Shown: in pieces, positions 9,715 to 18,699 of the stretch | How positions within the stretch are numbered: the first letter of the stretch is position 1 | Layout: each line of letters begins with the position of its first letter | Program-made: the position numbers and the translations under genes | The notes under the pieces: model-generated | What the model was told of the DNA's origin: nothing | Database searches by the model: none | Seen by the model: the letters and a program-made list of their open reading frames with translations, nothing else | NCBI GenBank assembly: GCA_944363705.1 | Contig: CALVUY010000003.1 | Coordinates: 1-43,275 of the forward strand | Direction: 5' to 3' | Source: an uncultured Bacilli bacterium | GTDB taxonomy: Bacteria; Bacillota_I; Bacilli_A; RF39; UBA660 | Length of the DNA: 43,275 nt

Positions 9715-11334
9715 CTACTTTTCATTATATGTATCAGGTAAATCATTTTCAAATAAGGCATAGATTTCTTTCTTTGTTTTTATACCTCTTATAAAATTAT
9801 ATGCTTCTTTAACATCATTGTAAACAATTAAATTATCCATATTATATTTAGCTTCCCTTAATCCCTCTTTAATAGGTTTAGTCCTCTTTTCACCAATTAG
9901 AACTACATAGTCTGCTTTAGAAATAGTAGCGATTTGTTTTCCAAACTCTTTATTAAGTTCTTCTTCTTTATCTCCTAACTCTATCATACCTGGTGTTACT
10001 ACTACTTTTAGCCCTGGCATCATAGATAAAACTTCTAAAGCACTCTTAGCACCTACTGGATTTGAGTTATAAGCATCATCTATTTGATAGAAGTAACCCA
10101 TTTTCTTAAGTTCTAGTCTATGTTCAACTTGTTTAACATTTCTAACGGCTTGTTGTAGTTTAGAAATTGATATACCAAATTCACGTCCTAAAGCAAGTCC
10201 TGCTAGAATATTATAAACATTATGATTTCCTAATAGTTTAGTTTCAAACGCATATTTTTTCTTATCTCCTTTAAATGTTACATCAAAGGTAGTTCCAACA
10301 CTAGAACATTTTATATTGCTAGCATGAACATCTACATCTTTCTCATCGATACCAATCCATAATATTTTACATTTATTTTTTAAATCATAACTTACTTGTT
10401 TAGGATCATCTTTATTAAGTACTCCTACTCCATCAAGAGGTAATGATTCAATAAGTTCAAATTTAGTCTTCCTTATATTTTCTTCACTACCAAAACTTTC
10501 TAAGTGAGCAGTTCCAATTCTTGTTAAGATACCATATTTAGGATGAACTAAATTACATAAATCTTTAATTTCTCCTCTAATATAGGCACCCATTTCGGCG
10601 ATAAATACTTCTGTAAATTTATCTAAGTGATTATTAATAGTAATTATTAATCCATAAGGAGTATTTAAGTTACGAGGCGAAGGTAGCGTTGCATATTTAA
10701 TATTTAATATGTCTGCTAGAATATTCTTACTACTTGTTTTACCATAACTACCTGTTACACCGATAACTTTTAAGTTAGGCATACTCTTTAACTTCTTAAC
10801 AGCCATACTCTTGAAATGATGATATACATATTTTTCTAAAGTATATTTGTTAATAAAGTTTGCTAGTAAGATTATAAAAGTATTTAAATAGGCAAAAAGT
10901 ATAAAGATAAAGATTAAGAAATGACTAATTAATAGATTATCTCTATATATAATAATAAATACTATTGGTATTAAATGTAATATTGTTGTAGTTGCAATTA
11001 ATCTTTTTACTCTTGCAGTTATTACTAAAGGTTTCTTTACTTGTTCATTCTTTAAGTCTTTTCTAAATTTATAGATATAAATAATATATAAAAGTATAAC
11101 AATAATATTTAAGATTAAACTTATAGTATCATCATTAATTAAGAAGACATTTGCAACTGCTACTATAAGCACTGCTAAAAGTTCTAGTGAAAAGAAATTA
11201 GAACTATTATTAACAACCCATTTAACATAACGGTTGTTTTCATTATATAAATTTTGTTGTAACATATGTAAACTTTTTTTAGATTTGATGATAATTGCTA
11301 TGATAGCAACTAAAATTAAAAGTATTTCAATCAT
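9715..11334 (-). CDS. murF: MurF-like Mur ligase with N-terminal transmembrane segments
   Basis: GVTGSYGKTSSK P-loop, EMGA, DDAYNSNP and PGMIELG. The first ~160 aa are hydrophobic. Confidence 0.8.
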   Translation of the reverse strand: MIEILLILVAIIAIIIKSKKSLHMLQQNLYNENNRYVKWVVNNSSNFFSLELLAVLIVAVANVFLINDDTISLILNIIVILLYIIYIYKFRKDLKNEQVKKPLVITARVKRLIATTTILHLIPIVFIIIYRDNLLISHFLIFIFILFAYLNTFIILLANFINKYTLEKYVYHHFKSMAVKKLKSMPNLKVIGVTGSYGKTSSKNILADILNIKYATLPSPRNLNTPYGLIITINNHLDKFTEVFIAEMGAYIRGEIKDLCNLVHPKYGILTRIGTAHLESFGSEENIRKTKFELIESLPLDGVGVLNKDDPKQVSYDLKNKCKILWIGIDEKDVDVHASNIKCSSVGTTFDVTFKGDKKKYAFETKLLGNHNVYNILAGLALGREFGISISKLQQAVRNVKQVEHRLELKKMGYFYQIDDAYNSNPVGAKSALEVLSMMPGLKVVVTPGMIELGDKEEELNKEFGKQIATISKADYVVLIGEKRTKPIKEGLREAKYNMDNLIVYNDVKEAYNFIRGIKTKKEIYALFENDLPDTYNEK

Positions 11335-11335
11335 A

Positions 11336-12064
11336 TTATCCCTCCATGAAATTATTTATAATATTTATTACCTGGTTTAAATTCTCAAGATAAGCATAAT
11401 GCGTTCCAGGTAGAACAATTAAGGCTCCATCAGTAAGTAACTCTTCTAAGAGCTTCGCTTCTTCAAGTGGAGCTGCTTCATCCATTTCTCCCCATACTAG
11501 AAGAGTTGGAGCAGTTATCTTTTTAGCATAATCAGATAAATCCTCATTAACTGTTTTAACTAAGATTTCTCTCATTTTAGGTGTGGCACTTTTATAATCT
11601 TCAGAGCCTATATAGTTTTTAGCAATCTCTGCAATTTTACCCATACCTGGTAATGTTTTTGCTTTCTTTAACATTTTCTCTTTTAGAGTTAAGCCTTTTT
11701 TAGTTCTAACACAAGGAGCCCCAAATAAGACTACTCTATCTACTTCATACTTTGAAGCATAGACTATAGCAACTCTACCTCCAAAAGAGTGTCCTATTAA
11801 TGTAGGTTTCTTAATCTTTAACTTTTTCACTAGCTCATGGACTAGTTCGGCATAATCAGATACTGTCCAAACTTCATCTGGTTCAGCACTTTTACCATAG
11901 CCAGGAAAATCTAATATTGTAATATGATATTTACAAGATAGCGGATTACCAAGTGGTTCCATCATTTCAATATTTTGTCCCCATCCGTGCAAAAGAATAA
12001 TATCTTTACCTTTAGCATTACCATATTGTATGTAATTTACTTTATCTAGGTTAATCTTTTCCAT
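11336..12064 (-). CDS. Alpha/beta fold hydrolase
   Basis: LHGWG, D.PGYG.S, GHSFGG nucleophile elbow, catalytic Asp (WGEMD) and His (GTHY). Confidence 0.92.
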   Translation of the reverse strand: MEKINLDKVNYIQYGNAKGKDIILLHGWGQNIEMMEPLGNPLSCKYHITILDFPGYGKSAEPDEVWTVSDYAELVHELVKKLKIKKPTLIGHSFGGRVAIVYASKYEVDRVVLFGAPCVRTKKGLTLKEKMLKKAKTLPGMGKIAEIAKNYIGSEDYKSATPKMREILVKTVNEDLSDYAKKITAPTLLVWGEMDEAAPLEEAKLLEELLTDGALIVLPGTHYAYLENLNQVINIINNFMEG

Positions 12065-12130
12065 ACTTCCTCCTATTAGAAGTATATCATAAAAATAAAA
12101 AAGAGTCTTTATATTTTAACTCTTTTTTAT

Positions 12131-12571
12131 TTATTTTGACTTTGATTTTACCAAATCTTTTAAAAAGCTATGTACTTCTTCGGCAGTAAGTTCTCTATCT
12201 TTTTCTTCACTTACACTACTAAACATATCATCATGATAATATAATCCTAAAAAAGGAGCATCTTTATCTAAATAGTTTTCTTCATAATAGTTTAATTGAG
12301 CATCGCTTAAATTTTCTGGAATTGTACAAACAACACTATCAATAGATGCTTCATCATTATCTACTTCTAAATAAAGCATCATATCTAGATATTTTGTAAC
12401 AAGCCCTGCATTTGGCCAAATCTTAATATAACCATCACCTTTTAGTTCTTCATCTTGCAATGGTTCTAGAAACTCTTCAAACAGTTCATAGACAAGCTCA
12501 TTATGTCCTATCCTCTCGTTTTCAATTTGTAAAACTTTTCCATCACTATCAACTGCAGTTACTCTTCTCAT
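12131..12571 (-). CDS. Hypothetical acidic protein, tandem paralog A
   Basis: Aligns with 12588..13019 (HN.LVYE.F.E.LEP, W.NAGL.TKYL, SVVC.IP). Confidence 0.8.
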   Translation of the reverse strand: MRRVTAVDSDGKVLQIENERIGHNELVYELFEEFLEPLQDEELKGDGYIKIWPNAGLVTKYLDMMLYLEVDNDEASIDSVVCTIPENLSDAQLNYYEENYLDKDAPFLGLYYHDDMFSSVSEEKDRELTAEEVHSFLKDLVKSKSK

Positions 12572-12587
12572 ATAATAACTTCCTTTC

Positions 12588-13019
12588 TTAACTTTTAGTT
12601 TTATGATTCATTTTATCTTTTAAAACATTATATATACCAGTGCTATCAAGTGACTTATCACTAGATAAAGAGAATTTATCTCCATCAAATGAAACTCCAA
12701 TAAAAGTATCAATACTATTTAAGTAATTATTTTCAAAATATTCAAGTTGGCTAGTAGTAATATCTTTAGGAATAATGCAAACAACGCTATTAACCATTTC
12801 ATCTTCTTTAATATCTTCTAAATAAAACATAGTCCCTAAATATTTAGTGATAAGGCCTGCATTATTCCAAAATTGAATTATATCTCCTTCGACTTTTTCT
12901 TCTTTTATAGGTTCTAATACTTCTTTAAACATTTCATAAACCAAATCATTATGTAATTTAACTACATCTTCAGCTGATGTAATGTTACCATAACTACCTA
13001 CTGCTATTACTTTTTTCAT
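12588..13019 (-). CDS. Hypothetical acidic protein, tandem paralog B
   Basis: AGGAGG RBS. Paralog of 12131..12571. Confidence 0.8.
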   Translation of the reverse strand: MKKVIAVGSYGNITSAEDVVKLHNDLVYEMFKEVLEPIKEEKVEGDIIQFWNNAGLITKYLGTMFYLEDIKEDEMVNSVVCIIPKDITTSQLEYFENNYLNSIDTFIGVSFDGDKFSLSSDKSLDSTGIYNVLKDKMNHKTKS

Positions 13020-13053
13020 GCTTATCCTCCTAGTTCTATGTTAACACAAAAAG

Positions 13054-13078
13054 AAAAAAGAGTCTATTTCGACTCTTT
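13054..13078 (-). terminator. Intrinsic terminator downstream of polC
   Basis: AAAGAGTC-N6-GACTCTTT with a U-tract on the minus strand. Confidence 0.75.
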
Positions 13079-13127
13079 CAACTCTATCTTCTTCTAGCAG
13101 AACCATAACTATAAACTTTAATGTCAA

Positions 13128-16100
13128 CTAAAATAAACTTAACTGATTAGAATCAGGTAATTCGTTAAGGATTCCCATCTCTGACATCTTATCAGTTAGA
13201 GTCTTTGACACTTTACCACGTTTTTGTAAATCTTCTTTACTTAGGAAAGGTCCCTTTTCTCTAGCTTCCACGATGGTTTTTGCAACGGTTTCTCCTAGTC
13301 CATCGATAGTTTTAAATGGTGGTATTAAAGTATTTTCATGTTCAGTATCAACAACAAATCTTGTCGCATCACTTTTCTCTAAAGAAATAGGGGCAAATTT
13401 AATTCCACGTGCAGTTGCTTCTAGGGCAACATGAAGGGAATCTATGATATTAGACTCTTTATTAGTAACTTCGAAGCCTTTAGCCATTAAATCTTCATAT
13501 CTAGTTTTAATAGCATTATAACCTTTTATCATAGTCTCGATATCATAATCATCTACTCTAATTGAGAAGAAGGCTGCATAGTAGAATAATGGTTTATAGA
13601 CTTTAAACCAAGCGATTCTAATGGCACTCATAACATAGGCACAAGCATGGGCTTTTGGGAACATGTATTTTATTTTATGACATGACTCTATATACCATTC
13701 TGGAACGTTAGCAGCTTTCATTTCTTCGACCATACCTTTCCATGTTTCAGGGTCTTTAGTCGCCTTACCTTTTCTAACATGCTCCATTATTTTAAAGGCT
13801 CTAATAGGTTTCATGCCCCAGTTCATTAAGTTAACCATGATATCATCACGACAACCTATAACGTCTTTAAAAGGTACAATATTATTTCTAATTAATTCAC
13901 TAGCATTTCCTGCCCAAACATCAGTACCGTGTGATAGTCCTGATATTTTAACAAGCTCAGCGAAAGTACTTGGTTTTGTCTCAACTAACATTTGAATAAC
14001 AAAACGAGTTCCAAGCTCAGGTAGTCCTAATGTTCCAGTAGGACATAAGATATCCTCTTCTGTTACTCCTAAGGCTTCAGGACTAGAAAGAATTGAGAAT
14101 ATCTTTTTATCATCCATTGGTAGTGTTGTAATATCTATACCTGATAAGTCTTGTAACATTCTTAAAACTGTAGGATCATCGTGACCTAGTATATCTAGTT
14201 TTAAAACGTCTTGGTCAATGGCATGGTAATCAAAGTGAGTTGTTCGCCAAAGCGATGTATTATCATCGGCAGGATACTGGAATGGTGTAAAATCAAAGAC
14301 ATCCATGTATCCTGGTATTACAACGATACCTCCAGGGTGTTGTCCTGTTGTTCTTTTAACACCAGTACATCCTTTGGCAAGACGTTCAATCTCAGTACTT
14401 CTTTTACCAACAATTCCATGTTCTTCAAAGTAACCTCTAACATAACCGTAAGCAGTTTTTTCTGCTACTGTACCGATTGTTCCTGCTCTATAAACATTAT
14501 CAACTCCGAATAGTACTTTAGTATATTCATGAGCTTTCCATTGATATTCTCCTGAGAAGTTAAGGTCGATATCGGGAACTTTATCGGCATTGAAACCTAA
14601 GAAGGTTGCAAATGGCATATCTTGTCCTTCTTTACCTAGAGGCTCGCCACATTTAGGGCAAGTCTTATCTGGCAAGTCATAACCTGATGGATAATCTTTT
14701 CCATAAGGTATTCCCTCTTCATTAATAAATTCTGAGTACTTACAGTCTTTATTACGACATAGATAGTGGGCTGGAAGAGGATTTACTTCAGTTATTCCCA
14801 TCATTGTTGCCACGAAAGATGAACCAACAGAACCACGGGAACCAACGATATAACCATCATCATTAGAATGTTTAACTAACTTTTGAGCGATTAGGTAAAT
14901 AACATCGAAACCTCCACCTATTACACCACCTAAGTTCTTTTTAAGAGTTTTCTCTAAGTCTTCATCTGTTATATCAGGATCAGTTATTTTAAGATTTTCT
15001 TTTATTACTTTCTTTACTTCATCAAAGCCTTTTAAAAGAGTATTATGTAAATTAAAGAATAATTTCTTCTTAAACTCATCTTCACTTAGATTAGCCTCTT
15101 CTCTTTTTAATTTAGCTTCTACGGCTTTAAAAACTCCATCTCCATATAACTCTGTACTAATTCTCTCTTCAATATTATAAGGAAGTGGTTCTCCATACAT
15201 ATCACTTGCTTTTGTAAAGACTAAGTCAGTAACTGTTTCTACACTTTTATCAATTTTAGGAGAGAAAGGTATTCCTCCTGTTTCAATAATAACTTCTATA
15301 ATTTCTGTCATATCAGCGATTTTATTAGGATTATCTATAACTATTAGTTTTCTTGTTTCTTCATCTAAGAATGAGAAGTCTTCTAACATCTCTGTTGTTG
15401 TTCTAAAGTGATTAGATGGAATATTTTTAATACCCCCTCTTGCTAGAGGATGACGTCCTCCTCCTGGTACTTTTTGATTAACAATGATTTCTCTATATAT
15501 TTTATCTTCTCTTGTTAGGTGATGAACATCTCCTGTTGCAACAATTAACTTACCAGCATCAATAGTTGTATTAATGATTTTATTGATATTACTAATTACT
15601 TCTCCCTCATTGGCAAAGTCACCTGTTTCTACTAAGTGAGAATAACATTCAGGTGGTTGTACTTCAACATAGTCATAGAATCTAATGATATTAGATAGTT
15701 CTTCTTCACTCTTACTAGTCGCTTGTTTAAAGACTTCACTTTCATAACAACCACTACCAATTAAAAGCCCTTCTCTATATTCATTAATAACACTTCTTGG
15801 GATTCTTGGAGTCTTATATAGATAGGTTGTATTGGCAAAAGATACTATTTTAAATAGATTCTTTAGTCCTTTTTTATTTAGAGCGATGATATTGATATGA
15901 TTAGTATTACCATATTTATACATCTCTTTAGAATCTACTATATTTGAAAGTTGTTCCATTGTCTCTATATTTCTACTATCTAGTTTCTCTAACATTTTGT
16001 ATAGGACTAATGCAGTACCTTCAGCATCGTAATCTCCTCTATGATGGCTCTCTTCATCCCATGGAACATTATATCTTTTAACTAAGGCAGATAGACCATG

Positions 16101-17741
16101 ACGGGCATAGTTATTATCTAGGGTTCTTGATAGTTCTAGGGTATCGATAACAGGATTCTTAAACTCACCTAGATTATATTTTTTATAAGCCATCTCTAAG
16201 AAAGAAACATCGAACTTAGCATTATGAGCGACCATAGGTAAGTCACCAAACCACTCTATAAACCTTTTAACAGCATTTTCTTCATTATCTTTATCTTCTA
16301 GCATTAAATCTGTTATATTAGTTATTTCTGTTATTTTAGCAGGTAAAGGTCTTCCTGGATTAATTAGTTCATCATAACGTTCTAATATCTCTCCACCTTT
16401 CATCTTAACTGCACCAATTTCAATAATAGAGTCAGCACCACCGGCATTAAAACCAGTTGTTTCAAAGTCAAAAACAACATAAGTTTGGTCTAATAGTTTA
16501 CCATCATTAGGTCTAATAACGATATCTACATTATCATCTACCATAACAAGTTCTGTTCCATATAAGGCTTTAAACTTATCTTTTTCTTCTTTACCTTTAT
16601 TATAATCTCTTACTAAGTTATAAACATGAGGGAAAGCTTGAACACCATTATGGTCTGTAATTGCAATTGCTTTATGTCCCCATTTCATCGCTTGTTTTAC
16701 TAGTTTTACTTCATCTGCTACTCCATCCATCTGACTCATCATCGTATGAGCATGTAGTTCTACTCTTTTTTCTTCTGCATCATCAGTAATTTCTTCTTCC
16801 TCATGCTCTACTGGCATAATATCTCTAGCATTAAGTACTAACTCATCTTTAGAAAAATTATCTATTTTCGTATATCCTCTAATCTTAAGCCATGTACCTA
16901 CTTTTAAAGCTTTACAAAGTCTAGCATACTCTTCATCTTCATTACAAAATACTTTACAAGCGATACTATCTGTTTCATCTGTTATTTTTAAAGTAATAAT
17001 CTTAAAATTAGTCTTACTAGACTCAAAATAATCAGTACCAAAGATATATCCTTCTACTGTTACATCATTATCTTCTCCTAATAATAAACTCATCTTAATA
17101 GGATCACTATCTATAGTCTTACCTAGAATACATCCTTCATCAGTACTTTTTCTTCTTCTAGGAGTTCCACTATTATTATAACGTTTAGGTTCTTCTTTAA
17201 TAACATCCCTCTTAATAGGTTCAGGAATAGTAACATTAGATAATTCATTACTTATCTCTTCTTCTATTAAATTATCTTCTCTTAAAATAATAGGTATATA
17301 GTCATGAAAGCCTATATTATGATAGAAATTATTTATATCATTACTTATTTCTTTTAGTCTATCTTCTTCTTTTTTATTATAAGCGATAAGTCTTAGAGTA
17401 TCACTTTCATAAACTAGTGAATCTTTATAAACATCTATTAGTTTTATTTTATCTTTAGATTTTAAGATATCTAAAAAGTAAGGATAATAATCTAGTAGCA
17501 TATTATTATCAGGGTTTCTAACTGTAAAGTTATAGGTTAAATCATCTGAAAATAAAGACTTATTCTCTACTAAATTAGATAATATGTCTTTAGGTAAATA
17601 TTTATCAATAGTTATTTTAACTAAAAAACTTTTATTATTTTTATTAATTACTATTTTATCTAAGGTTGAACTTTTAAAAAAGTCAAAGTACTCACTATTT
17701 AAATTAATCTTTTTCAAAAATAAATTTAGTTTACTATCCAT
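13128..17741 (-). CDS. polC: DNA polymerase III PolC
   Basis: OB fold, PHP (ELHAHT.MS.MDG, AITDH), DEDDh exonuclease (VFDFETTG), GSRGSVGSS, KVPDIDLNFSG, KLDILGH and a C-terminal QLSLF clamp motif. Confidence 0.99.
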   Translation of the reverse strand: MDSKLNLFLKKINLNSEYFDFFKSSTLDKIVINKNNKSFLVKITIDKYLPKDILSNLVENKSLFSDDLTYNFTVRNPDNNMLLDYYPYFLDILKSKDKIKLIDVYKDSLVYESDTLRLIAYNKKEEDRLKEISNDINNFYHNIGFHDYIPIILREDNLIEEEISNELSNVTIPEPIKRDVIKEEPKRYNNSGTPRRRKSTDEGCILGKTIDSDPIKMSLLLGEDNDVTVEGYIFGTDYFESSKTNFKIITLKITDETDSIACKVFCNEDEEYARLCKALKVGTWLKIRGYTKIDNFSKDELVLNARDIMPVEHEEEEITDDAEEKRVELHAHTMMSQMDGVADEVKLVKQAMKWGHKAIAITDHNGVQAFPHVYNLVRDYNKGKEEKDKFKALYGTELVMVDDNVDIVIRPNDGKLLDQTYVVFDFETTGFNAGGADSIIEIGAVKMKGGEILERYDELINPGRPLPAKITEITNITDLMLEDKDNEENAVKRFIEWFGDLPMVAHNAKFDVSFLEMAYKKYNLGEFKNPVIDTLELSRTLDNNYARHGLSALVKRYNVPWDEESHHRGDYDAEGTALVLYKMLEKLDSRNIETMEQLSNIVDSKEMYKYGNTNHINIIALNKKGLKNLFKIVSFANTTYLYKTPRIPRSVINEYREGLLIGSGCYESEVFKQATSKSEEELSNIIRFYDYVEVQPPECYSHLVETGDFANEGEVISNINKIINTTIDAGKLIVATGDVHHLTREDKIYREIIVNQKVPGGGRHPLARGGIKNIPSNHFRTTTEMLEDFSFLDEETRKLIVIDNPNKIADMTEIIEVIIETGGIPFSPKIDKSVETVTDLVFTKASDMYGEPLPYNIEERISTELYGDGVFKAVEAKLKREEANLSEDEFKKKLFFNLHNTLLKGFDEVKKVIKENLKITDPDITDEDLEKTLKKNLGGVIGGGFDVIYLIAQKLVKHSNDDGYIVGSRGSVGSSFVATMMGITEVNPLPAHYLCRNKDCKYSEFINEEGIPYGKDYPSGYDLPDKTCPKCGEPLGKEGQDMPFATFLGFNADKVPDIDLNFSGEYQWKAHEYTKVLFGVDNVYRAGTIGTVAEKTAYGYVRGYFEEHGIVGKRSTEIERLAKGCTGVKRTTGQHPGGIVVIPGYMDVFDFTPFQYPADDNTSLWRTTHFDYHAIDQDVLKLDILGHDDPTVLRMLQDLSGIDITTLPMDDKKIFSILSSPEALGVTEEDILCPTGTLGLPELGTRFVIQMLVETKPSTFAELVKISGLSHGTDVWAGNASELIRNNIVPFKDVIGCRDDIMVNLMNWGMKPIRAFKIMEHVRKGKATKDPETWKGMVEEMKAANVPEWYIESCHKIKYMFPKAHACAYVMSAIRIAWFKVYKPLFYYAAFFSIRVDDYDIETMIKGYNAIKTRYEDLMAKGFEVTNKESNIIDSLHVALEATARGIKFAPISLEKSDATRFVVDTEHENTLIPPFKTIDGLGETVAKTIVEAREKGPFLSKEDLQKRGKVSKTLTDKMSEMGILNELPDSNQLSLF

Positions 17742-17755
17742 ACCGCACCACTATC

Positions 17756-18595
17756 CTATATTATTTCTAATTCTTTAATCTTTAATATATGTTTTTGATT
17801 CTTAATACAAAAGTTAATAAAAGTCTTTAAATCAACAGTTGCTAATCCTCTTTCAAAAGTATATTTATCTAGTTCAAAGATAATCTTATCTTCCATCATT
17901 CTATTTAATATCTCTTCTTTAGAATATCCTAAGTACATAAGAAAGTAAGGATATAGTTGTCTTTTAAGATATTTTAGAGAACTATCTCCTCTTAAATAAA
18001 CACTTTTATTTAATGTTCTTGATGTTAGTTCATTATCAATAGCAAGTTCTATGATAGCATCTACTATATCTTTATATTCGCTCTTGTATGTTGCTAGTTC
18101 TTTTCTTACAATATGTTCAATGATATTGATAATGGCAAGAGTATAATTATCACTATCTTTCCTATTACCCCAAGTAATAGTATTTACTCTTCTACTCTTA
18201 GGTATTTTCATTCCTATAACATCTAATTTTTTATCAACAACTAAAACATGATATAGTTTAATATCAAATCTAAGTATATCTTTTAAGTTTTTATTTAAGT
18301 CTTTTTTTATTTTATCCCAAGTATGTAATAATTCTAGGCGATATTTTTCAGTATCTTCTCTTATTTCTTTATATATATCACTAGCTTTTACCATATCAAA
18401 GATAGTATCATCATCTGGTATATAGTTTTTAGGATCTTTTAAAATATGTTCTTCTTCTTTATATAAATCGTTATAACTATGACGATAGTTTTTCCACAAC
18501 TTCTGTTTAAAACCTTGGATATTAGAAGAAATAGAGGCACCAAATAAAAGATTCCATATTAAAACGTAATCATTTAAGACGAAGTTTAAATTCAT
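17756..18595 (-). CDS. Hypothetical protein, probably co-transcribed with polC
   Basis: 279-aa ORF with an AAGGGGG RBS, ending 14 bp before the polC start. Confidence 0.8.
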   Translation of the reverse strand: MNLNFVLNDYVLIWNLLFGASISSNIQGFKQKLWKNYRHSYNDLYKEEEHILKDPKNYIPDDDTIFDMVKASDIYKEIREDTEKYRLELLHTWDKIKKDLNKNLKDILRFDIKLYHVLVVDKKLDVIGMKIPKSRRVNTITWGNRKDSDNYTLAIINIIEHIVRKELATYKSEYKDIVDAIIELAIDNELTSRTLNKSVYLRGDSSLKYLKRQLYPYFLMYLGYSKEEILNRMMEDKIIFELDKYTFERGLATVDLKTFINFCIKNQKHILKIKELEII

Positions 18596-18638
18596 TTTCT
18601 ATTCCCCCTTATCGATATTGTTATTTACATCTAAAAGT

Positions 18639-18659
18639 TTATCATAAAACTTATGATAA
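18639..18659. promoter_or_regulatory. 9-3-9 palindrome TTATCATAA-aac-TTATGATAA over the putative promoter of the hypothetical-polC unit
   Basis: Perfect inverted repeat overlapping a TGa-TAAACT extended -10 on the minus strand. Confidence 0.45.
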
Positions 18660-18699
18660 TTAAAGTGGTAAAAGAAAAGAATATCGTTTAAAGATACTC

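Noticed and set aside
14931-15146. PolC insertion as an intein
   Set aside because: No splice-junction residues, and too short.
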